Origin: Mobula hypostoma
Lineage: Eukaryota
NCBI RefSeq assembly: GCF_963921235.1
Contig: NC_086124.1
Coordinates: 27,838,001-27,902,000, forward strand
Reading direction: 5' to 3'
DNA length: 64,000 nucleotides
Shown here piece after piece: positions 35,814-50,008 of the stretch (position 1 is its first letter; every line of letters starts with the position of its first letter). The position numbers and the translations under genes were made by a program. The notes beneath the pieces were generated by a model, which had not been told where the DNA came from, ran no database searches, and saw only the letters and a program-made list of their open reading frames with translations.

Positions 35814-38030
35814 AAACACAAAATATTCTGCAGATGCTGGGGTCAAAGCAACACTCACAACACGCCGGAGGAATTCAGCAGGTCGGGCAGCATCCGTGGA
35901 AAAGAACAGTCAATGTTTCGGGCCGGAACCCTTCGTCAGGGCTGAAGAGGGAAGGGGCAGAGGCCCGATAAAGAAGTTAGGGGGAGGGTGGGAAGGAGAA
36001 GGCTGGTAGGTTCCAGGTGAAAAACCAGTAAGGGGAAAGATCAAGGGGTGGGGGAGGGGAAGCAGGGAGGGGATAGGCAGGAAAGGTGAGGAAGGAATAG
36101 GGGAAAACACAACGGGTAGTAGAAGGAGGTGGAACCATGAGGGAGGTGATAGGCAGCTGGGGGAGGGGGCAGAGTGAAACTGGGATGGGGGAAGGGAGGG
36201 GGAGGGAATTACCGGAAGTTGGAGAATTCAATGTTCATACCAGGGGGCTGGAGAATGCCCAGATGGTATGTGAGGTGTTGCTCCTCCAACCTGAGTTTAG
36301 CCTCATCATCGCAGTAGAGGAGGCCATGTGTGGACATATCCAAATGGGAATGGGAAGCAGAGTTGAAGTGGGTGGCAACCGGGAGATCCTGCCTGTTGTG
36401 GCGGACAGAGCAGAGGTGCTCGACGAAGCAGTCCCCCAATCTGCGTTGGGTTTCACTGATGTAGAGGAGGCCGCACCGGGAACACCGGATGCAGCGGAGA
36501 TGGAGGAACTATGGGCACAAGCATGGGCACCAGCTATGTCTGCCTCTTTATTGATTATGTGGAACAGTCTGTGCTCCGAACCTATACTGGTACTGCTGCC
36601 CAACGTTTCCTTCGCTTCATTGATGACTACATTGGTGCTGCTTCCTGCACCCATGCTGAGCTCGTCAATTTCATTGACTTTACTTCAAACTTCCACCCAG
36701 CCCTCAAATTCACTTGGTCCATCTTGCACACTTCTCTCTCCTTTCTCGATCTCTCGGTCTCCATCTCTGGAGACAGACTGTCCACTAACATCTTTTATAA
36801 GCCCACTGACTCTCCCAACTACCTAAACTATACCGCTTCCCACCCTGCAACATGCAAAAATGCCATTCCCTATCCCCAGTTCCTCTGTCTCCGCCGCATC
36901 TGCTCCCAGGATGAGGATTTCCGTTCCAGGACATCTCAAATGTCCTCTTTCTTTAAGGATCGTGGTTTCCCTTCTGCCATCATCAATGATGCCCTCACCC
37001 GCATGTCCTCCATTTCCCGCACTTCGGCCCTCACCCCATCCTCCCGTCACCACAACAGGGACAGAGTTCCCCTTGTCCTCACCTACCACCCCACCTGCCT
37101 CTGGATCCAACACATTATCCTCCATAACTTCTGCCATCTTTAACAGGACCCCACCACTAAGCACATCTTTCCCTCTCCGCCCCTCTCCGCTTTCCGCAGG
37201 GATCATTCCCTCTGCGACTCCCTGGTCCACACGTCCCTTCCCACGGATCTCCCACCCAGCACTTATCCCTGTAAGTGTAAGTGCTTCACCTGTCCCTACA
37301 CCTCCTCTCTTGCCACCATTCAGGGCCCCAAACAGTCCTTCCAGGTGAGGCAACACTTCATTTGTGAGTCTGTTGGGGTCATCTATTGCATCCGGTGCTC
37401 CCAGTGTGGCCTCCTCTACATCGGTGAAACCCCACGCAGATTGGGGGACCGCTTCGTCGAGCACATCCGCTCCGTCTGCCACAACAGGCAGGATCTCCCG
37501 GTTGCCACCCACTTCGACTCTGCTTCCCATTCCCATTCGGATATGTCCATACATGACCTCCTCTACTACCATGATGAGGCTAAACTCAGGTTGGAGGAGC
37601 AACACTTCATATACTGTCCGGGTAGTCTCCAGCCCCTTGGTATGAACATTGAATTCTCCAACTTCTGGTAATTCCCTCCCCCTCCCTTCCCCCATCCCAG
37701 TTTCACTCTGCCCCCTCCCCCAGCTGCCTATCACCTCCCCCATGGTTCCGCCTCCTTCTACTACCCATTGTGTTTTCCCCTATTCCTTCTTCACCTTTCC
37801 TGCCTATCGCCTCCCTGCTTCCCCTCCCGCACCCCTTCATTTTTCCCCTTACTGGTTTTTCACCTGGAACCTACCAGCCTTCTCCTTCCCACCCTCCCCC
37901 CACCTTCTTTATAGGGCCCCTGCCCCCTCCCTCTTCAGTCCTGACAAAGGGTTCTGGCCCAAAACGTTGACTGTTCTTTTCCACGGATGCTGCCCGACCT
38001 GCTGAGTTCCTCCAGCGTGTTGTGAGTGTT
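35814..38030 (+). mobile_element. Penelope-like element (RT plus GIY-YIG) with inverted 5' duplication
   Basis: RT ORF 36511-37143 (FLRFIDDYIG), GIY-YIG 37345-37671 (VIYCIRCSQCGLLYIGET), inverted copy at about 35814-36490, TSD GCCAAATGATCAT (35801-35813, 38031-38043). Confidence 0.93.
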
Positions 38031-38164
38031 GCCAAATGATCATGCTGTGATTTTTAGACCATACAAAAGACTAACAATGGTCAGGGATTTACAGAAGTGT
38101 CTAAACATCTTCAAGTTAAAATACGATTGCTGTTGTCTACAAATCACTCAATTCCCTGGGGGGG

Positions 38165-38525
38165 TGGGGTGGGGAAGTTGGTGGTGCCCCATTCACAGAA
38201 ATCCCCCGTTGTGCCATAGAGATTGCATGTTAACCTTTCCATGGACACTCCAGCTCGAATGTAATACTGGAAGAGGGACAGTCAGTCGGCTCAAGCAGAG
38301 ACCTTGACTGCCTGCTGCCTGGAACTGCGCGTGGCCATTTTGGCAAGGCCCAGGATCGAGCCTACCAAGAGATCCCTGAGTTACACCCCACCCTCCCATG
38401 CTGTGGGACTGTAGTTGATGAGCATGGGGTTGAGGTGCAGTCAGACCTTGAGGAGCAGCTCCTTCGAGCATACAAACAGGGGCTGCAACTTCTCACACTC
38501 CATATACATACAGTGGCCATTTTAT
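38165..38525 (-). mobile_element. Tx1/L1-clade ORF2 C-terminal fragment
   Basis: Minus strand ...YMECEKLQPLF...LGLAKMA motif. Confidence 0.6.
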
Positions 38526-39679
38526 AAGGTACACCTGCTCGTTCATACAAATATCTAATGAGCCAATCATGTCACAGCAACTCAATGCATAGGAGCATGC
38601 AGGCATGTTCAAGAGGTTCAGTTGTTCTTCAGAACAACTTCAGAATGGGGAAGAAATGTGATCCAAGTGACTTTGATGGTGGAATGAATGTTGGAGCTAG
38701 TTGGGATCATTCGAGTATCTCAGAAGCTGCTGAGAAAAGCTTTCCCCACCATTGAGCACATCTACACGAAGTGCTGTCGCAGGAAAGCAGCATCTATGAT
38801 TAGGGACTCCCACCACCCAGGACATGCTCTCTTCTCGCTGCTGCCATCATGAAGGTGGTACAGGAGACTCAGGATAACTTCACTTGCCCCATCATTGTAA
38901 ATGCTGACACAACCAATGGACTCATTTTCAAGATTTCTTCATCTCTTGATCTTGATATTTATTGCTTATTTATTATCATTTCTTCATTTTTGTATTTGCA
39001 GAGTTTGTCATCTTCTGCACAAGGTTCCCCTGAGTTGATGCGGTCATTCATTAATTCTTGTATGGTTATTTTATGCCTGCAAAGGAAAATATCCCAGAGT
39101 TGACATACGGCGTATATGTACTAAATTTACTTTGAAATTTGATCTCTGTTGGATTTTCATACACAACAGTTTACAGAGAATGGTGTGAAAAAGAAAAAAA
39201 ATCCAGTGAGTGTCAGTTCTGTGTCCGAGAACGCCTTGTCAGTCAGAGAGTTCAGAAGAGAATGACCATACTGTTTCAAGCTGACAGGAAGGTGACAGTA
39301 ATTTAAATAACCATACATTACAACAGTGGGGTGCAGAAGAGCATCTCTGAACACACAGCATGTCGAACCTTGAAGAGGATGGTCTACAGCAGCAGAAGAC
39401 CAGAAATATACAAGCGATATCTAATGAAGCGGCCGATGTGTGTATTTTAGTTTTCTGAACTTGAATCATCATGCTGCTGGATGACAAAGTGTGTTGTACA
39501 GATTTTATTTGAATCCACAGACATTCTTCATTCTTCCAAGCAGGTGCGGCAACAGAAAGATTTTGCTCAGAGGTTAATTGTACCTTAGGATGTAGGACTC
39601 CGCACCTCTTGATAACTGCTTTGCAGGCACTGACAACACTGGTCTCCAGCACTGCAGTTAAACATAGGCACACGAGATG

Positions 39680-40260
39680 CGGGAAATCCAGAACAACAGA
39701 CACACACAAAATGGTGGAGAAATTCTGCAGGTTAGGTAACATCTATGGAGGAAAATAAACAGTTGATGTTTCAGGCTGAGAGCCTTCATCAGGACTGGAA
39801 AGGAAAGGGAAAGAATAAGGAGGGGAGAAGAAGAAGCTGACAGGCATAGGTGAAGTCGGAGAAAGGTGGTTGGGTGGAGGAGGCTGGATGAAGTGAAAAG
39901 CAGGGAGGTGATAGGTGGAAAAGGAAACAGCTAAAGAAGGAGGAATCTGATAGGAGAGAATAGTTGACCGTGGAGGGAAGGCAAGGAGAAGGAGCACCAG
40001 AGGGAGGTGATGGGCAGGTGAAGATAAGCGAAGAGGTAAGAGGGGAGGCAGATTGCGGAATATATGAGGAAAAGGTTGGGGAAACAATTTCCTGAAGGTA
40101 TAAAGTCTAAATTTATGGTATCAGGTTGGAGGTTACCCATAGAGAATATGAGGTGTTGCTTCTCCAGCCTGAGTCTGACCTCATCATGGGAGTAGAGGAA
40201 GTCGTGGACAGACATGTGGGAGTGGGAATCATGATCATCATCGTGTGCCATGTCGTAGGA
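39680..40260 (-). mobile_element. Degenerate Penelope fragment (GIY-YIG C-terminus and terminal repeat)
   Basis: SHSHMSVHDFLYSHDEVRLRLEKQHLIF motif; decayed hammerhead motif near 39760-39795. Confidence 0.75.
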
Positions 40261-41127
40261 TGCGGATGATCATGGTCATAGGCTCTTGGCAAATTCTACA
40301 GAAATAGTTTGCTATTGCTTTCTTCTGGGGAGTTGTTTTACAAAACGAGTGATTCCAGCCATTATCAATACTCTCCAGAGATTGTCTGCCAGGCTGTTGT
40401 CAATTGTCAATGGCCACAAAATCAGGATTTATGCCCCACGAATCTGACAGGGGGATAAGCAGGTGCTACACCTTACCCAGGGGTGACCTGCATGCCAGCA
40501 GAGGGAAGGAGCACCTTACACCTTTGGTCAACGTATGTGAATAGGAAATCAAACTGAAGTGAGCTAAACACAAGGTAAAAAGCTGCATTGTGAGGCAGGT
40601 GATTTCCAATGCATGCCAGACAAACGAGAACGGAGACGGCAGGCACCAGGTATCCAAGTACCAGCAAGTTGTGAATTTGACAGTTCGATTTCAAGCTTCT
40701 GTCGTGCATTCAGAGGCAGGCCTCGGCATCTGGCCAAGTTCTTCAGACAGACGGTCCTCCTCACCGTGTGAGCAGAGTTCTGAGAAGAAAAGAGAAGAGG
40801 GATGATGAAGATATGGACTGTGTAATAATTAAGTCAGCACCAGTCAACAGCAGTATGTAACATTTCAGGATATAATGCTGCTGCTTTATAATGGATTAGG
40901 CAATCCACATTTGGAGCATCGCGAGCAGTTTTGGACCTAAGCTAAGAATGGATGTACTGACAGTGGAGTGGTTCCAGAGGAGGTTCACGAGAATGATCCT
41001 GGAAATGAAAGGGGTAAAGTATGATGAGCATTTGACAGCTCTGGGTCTGTACTCACTGAAGTTTAGAACAATGGCGAGTGGGATGTCATTAAAACCTACT
41101 AAATATTGAAAGGCCTGGTTAGAATTG

Positions 41128-41270
41128 CCGGCTGGTGGCGTAGTGGCATCAGCGCCGGACTTCGGAGCGAAGGCTCTCAAGTTCGAATCCAGCTGGCTCC
41201 CTTGCACGCTTTCCATCCGTGCTAGCAACTCAGCCTCGTAAAAGCGAGAAAGCCTGCTAAAAAAACGCCG
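41128..41270 (+). mobile_element. tRNA-derived SINE head
   Basis: A box TGGCGTAGTGG and B box GTTCGAATCC; no closed acceptor stem. Confidence 0.6.
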
Positions 41271-41272
41271 TC

Positions 41273-41915
41273 ATAGAACATAGAATAGTACAGCACAGTA
41301 CAGGCCCTTCTGCCCACAACGTTGTGCCGACCCTCAAACCCTGCTTCCCATATAAGCCCCCACCTTAGATTCCTCCATATACCTGTCTAGTAGTCTCTTA
41401 AACTTCACTAGTGTATCTGCCTCCACCACTGACTCAGGCAGTGCATTCCATGCACCAACCACTCTCTGAGTGAAAAACCTTCCTCTAATATCCCCCTTGA
41501 ACTTCCCACCCCTTAACTTAAAGCCATTTCCTCTTGTATTGAGCAGTGGTGCCCTGGGGAAGAGGCACTGGCTATCCACTCTATCTATTCCTCTTATTAT
41601 CTTGTACACCTCTATCATGTCTCCTCTCATCCTCTTTCTCTCCAAAGAGTAAAGCCCTAGCTCCCTTAATCTCTGATCATAATGCATACTTTCTAAACCA
41701 GGCAGCATCCTGGTAAATCTCCTCTGTACCCTTTCCAATGCTTCCACATCCTTCCTATAGTGAGGTGACCAGAACTGGACACAATACTCCAAGTGTGGCC
41801 TAACCAGAGTTTTATAGAGCTGCATCATTACATCGCGACTCTTAAACTCTATCCCTCGACTTATGAAAGCTAACACCCCATAAGCTTTCTTAACTACCCT
41901 ATCCACCTGTGAGGC
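41273..41915 (-). mobile_element. Young CR1 3' fragment
   Basis: ORF 41334-41939 RPHLEYCVQFWSPH with open frame; ctatgttctat tail. Confidence 0.9.
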
Positions 41916-42389
41916 ATGACTGCGTCCCAATGACTCCACTTGAAGTCAAGGGTTTTCGTCTTTCTTCTTCTGGTTAGAATGGATGTGGAGAAGATGTTTC
42001 CTATAGTGGGGGGAGTCTAGGACCAGAGGGCACAGAATCAGAGTGGTTGAATGTCCCTTTAGAACAGAGATGAGGAGGAATTTCTTTAGCCGGGGGTTGT
42101 GAGTCTGTGGAATTCATTGCTACAGGTGGCTGTGGAGGAGAAGTCATTGCGTATATTTACAGTTGAGCTTGGAAGGAAAGAAGTTGATGTTCCTTCCTGA
42201 ACTTGATGACTTCTTGATTAGTACGGGCGACAAAGGTAATGGGGAGAAGTTAGAAGAATGAAGTTGAGAGGAATGATAAATCAGCCATGGTGGAATGGTA
42301 AACTAGACATGGTGGGCTGAATGGCCTAATTCTGCTCCTATGTCTAATGGTTACATCCTCCTGACCCCAGGTTCCTGTGTGCATAGTGT

Positions 42390-44992
42390 GCCCTAGTTAG
42401 CTTTTCTTATGTTTACCAGATACAAAATGGGGTGTATGAGATGTCCAGGGAGGGCTAGCACTGCTGGTGAAGGAGCTTGTCGTGTCCATTCTGGGGCAAC
42501 TCACTCACATTGGTCCCTGACTGATACTCAGCTCTCACCTGTGGCTCCAAGCAGCCACACCCCAGGACATTGCTTCGATGGACAGGTTAAACCAGGAGAG
42601 GGTAGCTGGCGGCCTCACACCACAGTGAGATGGGAACGCCCATCCGAGCATGCAAAGTGATGCGGACTGAGTGGATGAGGTCAACAGTGAGATTCAACAG
42701 CCACATTTCATGGAGAGGTATAGAATTGAAAATACACGTGGACTAAGATGTTAACTGTCCTGTGCTATCACCAGTGGGATCATCAGTTGATCTGCCACCT
42801 GTCTTCAGGAGTTTCGGCCCGGTTATGATCAAGACTCCCTCAAGGTGGTGGGCCAGCAGTGCTAAAGCACCACCTCCCACTGGTGAGCTTAAAAACTTGG
42901 CATCTTCCTCTATCAGAGTTGTTGGTCACTTCCCTCCAACAGATAGTCTGCTCTTCAGGTGTCTATGCAACTACTGAAGGGTTTGCAAGATATGTATACA
43001 CTGTCTGACTATCTGTCCCTCTGGACATACTTGTCCACACCCATGCTGATCCTGTCTCTGCTGCCTTAGCTACAGCCCTGCTGGTTGACTTGATCTCTCT
43101 TCTAGTGAAGCCAAGGTCACACAGCCACTTCTGGAAAGTAAACGCAATAAACCTACGACAGACTACTTCGAATGGATAGCACGAGACCTTCCACCCTCTG
43201 TCTCTGCACTCTGAACTTAATTCTGCATACTTCGTTAACTTGCGCTCATGGGCTTCATTGATGTTGTCTTCCCGGGGACTGTGAGTTCACCAATAACCAC
43301 TTCCCTACTGGTGTCAGACCATACAATTATATCTGGACGTAATGTGGTGAAAGCTATTTGTTCCGGGAAACTGCCTTTCCCATCCAGGTTGGCCTTGACA
43401 CACCAGTCATTGGCTGAAGAAAGTATGCTTGATCGTGAGCCTATGCTGTACACCCTTGACCTGGAGCCTTCTTTCACAAATGATATGTGATGTTCTGTGC
43501 AGCATGGGACATGAGATAAGTTGTGCTGCAGTACTCTCTGCTCAACCGCTTCTGTTACAGCTTTGAGAACGTTGTTATGTGTCCAAGTGTACATGCCGCT
43601 GGAAAGATTGACTCTGCATGCACTGAAGATATGTTGAAGTGTTCCCTTTCGCCACAAGCAGCACACCTGTCTGTCTTACCTTCATACCAGGTGCTGAGGT
43701 TGGCAGGTGTTGGCAGCACATCGTACGCTGCTCTGTATAGAAAAGCAATGCAGAGCGGTTCCATCTGCCACAGAACATTCCAAGATAGATGTCATTGTTC
43801 AACACTTTCCCACCAGGTCCAAGCCCCTTGTTTGGTCAGGCCAGCTGTTTTAGTTAACCTCTTCTCCTCTTCTACCTCTCGTATTTCTTGTGTTACAAGC
43901 TCACGGCGCTCCTTACCTGTAGAAGATGACCACCACTTGTGGGTTGTCCATCCAAGTCCCTGGCGGCCTAGCTGGATAGCCCCAACCATCCGCTTGTGCT
44001 TCAATCTAGACTCTGCCTCATCAACTGCTACATGGGCTGACCACTTCCTGCCTGATCTCACATCTGGCTGGGTGTTCTTGATGACAGGGTCTTTTGAGTC
44101 TCGAAGCATCAAGAATGATCTTACCTTGGCTACCTTGACCTCCTCAACAAGGGATTGCACTGGGATGGTAAGCTTTGTTTGGCTACTGTGGATTGCAACA
44201 TTGGAGAGGCTGCTCGGTACTCCAAGCCACTTCTTCACATACTTGTTGATCTTCCGTTCCATTGCCTCAACATGGGACATTGCCACTTCATAGACAGTTA
44301 GTGGCCACATTATCGTGGCATCAGTCTACGTACTGCAAGCACCACAACTTCAACTTGCCAGGCAAGCCACACTTGTCAACAGACATCAGACCTCTGCTGA
44401 TCTGTTCTCCTGTCTCTTGAACCCTCTTGGTGTCTCTCAGCTCCTCTGTGTACCATCGCCCGAGACTCTTACTGGTTGGTCCTGAATGGATGGAATCTCC
44501 CCTCCACAAAGAGTGAAATGAAATTCAACCAGCTTTCCTCGCCTAAGAACAAGGCTGCTTGACTTCTTGGTCTTGAACTTCATTTTTCCCCAATCCATTA
44601 GCTCCTCCAGTCTAGATAATACATTTTCCACTGTCTCCGTGCTGGGACCCAAAAGGGTGAGATCGTCCATGAACGCTCGTATTGGTGGTAACTCCCCTCC
44701 GCCATCAAGTGCGTCACCTGGTCCCACTGATTCTGCAGCCCTCACAATGACCTCCATAGCTAACACAAAAAGGATGGATGAAATCGCACATCCCATTGGG
44801 ATTCGAATATCCAAGCCCTGCCACCTAGTTGTAAACTGCTAAGTGGAAAACCTCATCCAGAAATTGTTGTAGTACTGCATAACAAAGTTCCTCACCTTAA
44901 CAGGAATCCATAGGAATTTCATCGCAAACTCAATCAGGACATGGGGAACAGAACCACACGCATTTGCCAGATCAAGCCAAACTACAGCCAGT
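42390..44992 (-). mobile_element. Hero-clade non-LTR retrotransposon (RT plus restriction-like endonuclease), 5'-truncated, frameshifted
   Basis: WLDLANA, RAFMDDLTLL, CCHC-type DRCAACG..TLQHIFSAC, LRPDIIVWS..VIGELTVP, AHERKLTKY motifs. Confidence 0.8.
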
Positions 44993-46984
44993 CTTCAACA
45001 GGACTGGAGAAAAAAAGATGAGGAGTAGGTTTCTTCTCAACCTTTTCTTCTCAACCAGATGAAGTCATGGTTGTCTACTGCAACGAAGGAAGACCTCGGT
45101 TATGACAAGTACTCGTACCACTGGTCCCGGACCTTCAAATTTCAGAGAGTGGTTCTGCCCCAGTGCAGCAGTTTTTCCACTTTAAAAACTCTCCTGCACT
45201 GGTTTCAAACTCATCGTCAGATATGACAGATATCCAATCAATCATCCAGAAACAAGGCAAACAAGAGAAAATCTGTAGATGCTGGAAGTCCAGGCAACAC
45301 ATATAAAATGCTGGAGGAACTCAGCAGGCCAGGCAGTGTCAATGGAAAAGAGTAAAGAGTTGACGTTTCGGGCCAAGACCCTTCAGCAGGACTGGAGAAA
45401 AAAAGATGAGGCGTAGAGTTCTGGGGGGTCCTGTTGAAGGGTTTCAGCCCAAAACGTTGATTCTTTTCCATAGATGTTGCCTGTCCTGCTGAGTTCCTCC
45501 AGCATTTTGTGTTTGCTGTCCAGATACAAGGTATTACTGACACTGGTGAAGTGATTGCACAGCAAAGAATTTGCACGGACTCCAATATGCTGACTTAATG
45601 TCACTTTCCGCCATATCAGACAGGATTAATTAAACTCTTGATGACATGGCTGTGGACAGCGCAGTAGGTTGTTGTAGGTTACAACAGGACATTGGCAGAA
45701 TGCAGAGCTGGACCCAGAAAACTGAAATGATTCACGTTGGAAGGTTGATCTTGAAGTCAGAGTGCAGGGTTAATGGCAGTATTCTCAGCAGTGTGGAGGA
45801 CAGAGGGATCTTTGGTCCATGTCCCCAGTCACCTCAACGTTGCTATGAAAGTTGAAATTGTGGTTAAGAAGGCATATGGTATGTTGGCCTTCATTAGTCG
45901 AGGGATTGAGTTCAAGAGCTGACAGGTAATGATGCAGTTCTACAAAACCCTGGTTATACCTCACTTGGAACAGTGTGTTCAGTCCAGGTCTCCTCATTAT
46001 AGGAACGATGAAGAAGCTTCAGAGAGAGTGCAGAGCAGATGTACCAGGATGCTGCCTAGATTGGGGAGCATGTCTTATGAGAATAGATTGAGTAAGTCAG
46101 AGCAAAGGAGGATGAGAGGCTACTTGAGAAAAGGTGTATAAGAGGCAATGATTGAATGGATAGCCAGAGACTTTTTCCCAGGCCAGTAATGACTAATACG
46201 AAGGGCATAATTTTAGGTGATTGGAGGAAAGTATAAGGGGGATCTCAGGGGTAAGTTTTTATTTTAAAACACATGAAGTGGTGAGTGTGAGGAATTCCCT
46301 GCCAGGCGTGGTGGTAGAAGCAGAAACATTTGGGATATTGAAAAGACTCTGAGGCACACAGATGAAAGGAAAATGTAGGGCTGTACAGGAGGGAGGGTTA
46401 GACTGATCTTAGAGTAGGTAATAAGAGCAAACTATATCACTACTGCACAGGATTGGAAAAAGCTGCAGGAAGTTGTGAACTTAGTCAGCTCCATTGTGGG
46501 CACTGGCCTCTCCAGCATCCATCATTAAGGACCCATCACCCAGGACATGCCCTCTTCTCATTGCTATCATCAGGGAGAAGGTACAGGAGCCCAAAGGCAT
46601 ACACTCAACCATTCAGGAATAGCTTCTTCCCCTCTGCCAGCCAATTTCTGAATGGACATTGAACCCTGGAAAACTATGTCACTACTCCCCCCCCCTTTTT
46701 ATATCACTTATTTAATTTAAGTACTTACTTACTATAATTTACAGTTTTTTATTATTTTGTATTGCAATGTACTGCTGCCACAAAGACAAATCTGACAACA
46801 TATACCGATGATATTAGTCTTGATTCTGATAACTTAGTTGGCCTGGATGAGTTGAGCCAAAAGATCCTGTTTCTACCAAAATCAGACCTAGGTTTAATAT
46901 CATCAGCATATTTTGTGAAATTTGTCTTTGCCGCAACAGTAAAGTACAATACACAATAACAGAAAAAAATGTGAACTACCGTAA

Positions 46985-46985
<1 letters not shown>

Positions 46986-47018
<33 letters not shown>
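46986..47018. repeat. (TA)n microsatellite
   Basis: Pure TA dinucleotide run. Confidence 0.95.
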
Positions 47019-47020
<2 letters not shown>

Positions 47021-50008
47021 CATAATTAAATTAAAGAAGTAGTGCAAAAATAGAAATAATAAAGCGGTTGAGGTAGTGTTGAAGGGATCAGTGTCCATAC
47101 AGAAAGTGGATGGCAGAGGGGAAGCGGCTGTTCCTTAATAGCTGAGTGTGAGCCTTCAGGCTCCTGCACCTCCTTCCTGACGGTAGCAATGAGAACAAGG
47201 CGTGTGCTGGGTGATGAAGGGCCTTAAAGATGGATGATGCCCTTTCAGGCATCACTCCCTCAAGATGTCTTGGATACTACAGAGGCTGGTGCCCATGATG
47301 GAGCTGTCGAAGTTTACACCCTCTCCCCATACCAGACAGTGAAGCAGCCAGTTGGAATGCTCACCTTGGTACATCTGTAAAAATTTGCAAGTGCCTTTGG
47401 TGACACAGCAAATCTCAAAATCCTATTGAAATATAGGCAGCATCATAAATGTTTCGATACGTTGGGCCCAGGACAGATCCTGAGAGATATAGATATCCAG
47501 GAACTTGAAATTGCTCACTCTCTCCATTTCTGACCCTTTGATGAGGATTGGTGTGTGTTCCCTTGCATTACCCTTTCTGAAGTCCACAATCAGTTCTCTG
47601 GTGATCACATTCCTCAAAGTTGGCCTTGCACCTCTATCTTCACCCGACTTGTCAGCATAGCTCAAGACTAAAAACTTCAAACTTTTTTTGTTCTGTGAAA
47701 TACTGGAGGGCCATGGAGCAAGATTACAGTGTCTCTCTGAAAGAAGGTGGCATAGTTCCAGTGGCCTTGGTTCTATCCTGAACCATCCAACCCCGCGCGC
47801 CCCCCCCACCCCACCCCACCCCAGGACTGTCTAATGATTCAGATGCAGATTTATTTATTTTATTTATTTATTTTATTTAGAGCTACACCACCCACCTATT
47901 TAACATTAGGCTAATCACGGGACAATTAACCTACTAATTGGTGCACTTTTGAAACCAGAGCATCAGGAGGAAACCCAGGCATTTGTGGGGAGGACATACA
48001 AACTTCTTGCAGGCAGCGCTGGAATTGAATTCTGAACTTCAGCGCCCCCAGCTGTAATAGCGTCGCACTGACCGCTACACTACCTTGGCGCCTGTAAATT
48101 ACGTCGTTTGTTCTAACAACCTAACGAAGTGATGGGGGCAGCCCGCAAGTGCCGCCACACGTTCTGCCGCCAACGGAGCATGCCCGTGATGCTCGGCAGA
48201 ACGACACGGAGCACAACAAGCAACAAAACTACAATAGCAGAAGGAGACCCGTGTGACCAACACAAAATGCTGGAGAAACTCAGGGCAGGCAGTCTCTATG
48301 GAAAGGAATAAGGAACTGATGTTTTAGGTTCCCTCTTCAGCAAACAAGCCCTGTTCCTCCATTTCCTCCCACCCACACACACTTCCCCCAGGTGCTCCAG
48401 TTTCCAACCACAATCCAGAGAAGCACAGATCCAGCATAGCTGATTCATCATCATTACCACCATGTGACATGGACAATCGCAGTCTCATCACCATGATTGG
48501 TCTTGGCAAATCTTTCCACAGAACTGATTTTCTATTGCCTTCTTCTGGGCAGAGTCTTTACAAGATGAGTGACCTAGCCATTATCAATACTTTCCAGAGA
48601 TCGTCTGCTTGGCGTCAGTGGTTGCATAACCAGGACTTGTGATATGTATTAGCCGCTTATACAACCATCCACCAACTGCTCTGATGGCTTCACATAACTC
48701 TGATTGCAGTGGTGGGGATTACAGTGTCTCACCTTGCCCTAGGGTGACCTACCGGCCAGCGGAGGGAAGAAGTGCCTTACAACTACTTTGGTACAGACAC
48801 ATCTCCACCCCGCCACCTAACATAGTTGATCGGCCACTGTAACTTGGTCCCAGTGTGGAGGTGACTGGCGGAACAGGGAGGAAAATTATGAAATAAAAGA
48901 AAGAAGGGCTAAGTCTACTAGAGGTATATATGTATCCTGATGAAGGGCCTCGCCTGAAACATTGACTGTAAATTCCTCGCTCTAGATGCCGCCTGACTTA
49001 GAACATAGAATGTAAAACCACAATCTCTATGATCCCGTATTACCAGGTAGGAGGTACCGTAGCATTAGGGCAAGGACTGTTAGGATGGGAAAAAGTTTCT
49101 TCCTCCTGACTGTAGACAATTGAACACCCCTTCATCACCCAGGTATCATCACTTATGATGCGCCAGTAGTGTTATATCATTTACTTCGCACTTAATGCAA
49201 TATGTCAATCTTGTGGAATATATTTTATTAATTGTTAATTTATTTGTGGTAATATTACTTTGTGTGTTGAGTGTGAGTTAAATGTACTGTGTTGTGCACC
49301 TTGGTCTGGAGGAGCATGGTCTTTGTTTAGATATATGGTTGAGTGATAATAAACTGAAACTTCAACGTCAACAGTACAAGCCCTTCACTCCGAGATGTTG
49401 TGCCGACCTTTTAAGCTACTCCAAAATTATTCCAGCCCTTCCCTCTTACATAGACCTCCATTTTTATATCACCCATGTTCCAATCTAAGAGTTTCTTAAA
49501 TGATCCTAATGTATGTGCCTCTATCACCATTGCTGGCAGCGCATTTCATGCAGTCATCACTCTCTGTGTAAAAGTACAAACCTCTGATACTCTCGACTAT
49601 ACTTTCTCTTAATCACCTTAAAATTATGCCCCCATTCCCACCCTGGGACTTGCCAAGTTCCTCCAGCACTTTGCTCAAGATTTCCAGCATCTACAGAATC
49701 TCGTGTACATACAGGTGATATACCCCGATGGTCAGTAGGGAATCAAGTTAACAGAGGATGGCGCGTGTGTGGAATAAACTGCTAGTGGAGGTGGTGATTG
49801 CAGGTTTGCTTTCAACACTTAAGGGAAGTTTGGATAAGTACATTGATGGGGGTGGTGTGGAGTGCTATGGTCTGGTTGTGGGTCAATGGGAGTAGGCAGT
49901 TTGGCATGAAATTGATGAGCCAAAGGGCCAGTTTCTGTGCTGTGATGCTCTCGGACTCTACAGCTATCATTTTTGATATACATTCGAGAGTCAGCACGGT
50001 AACAAGCC

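Noticed and set aside
36137-37743. Long minus-strand ORFs (229 and 306 aa)
   Set aside because: Antisense frames of the Penelope RT/GIY-YIG region and its inverted copy.
41128-41200. tRNA gene
   Set aside because: A and B boxes present but no paired acceptor stem; consistent with a SINE head.
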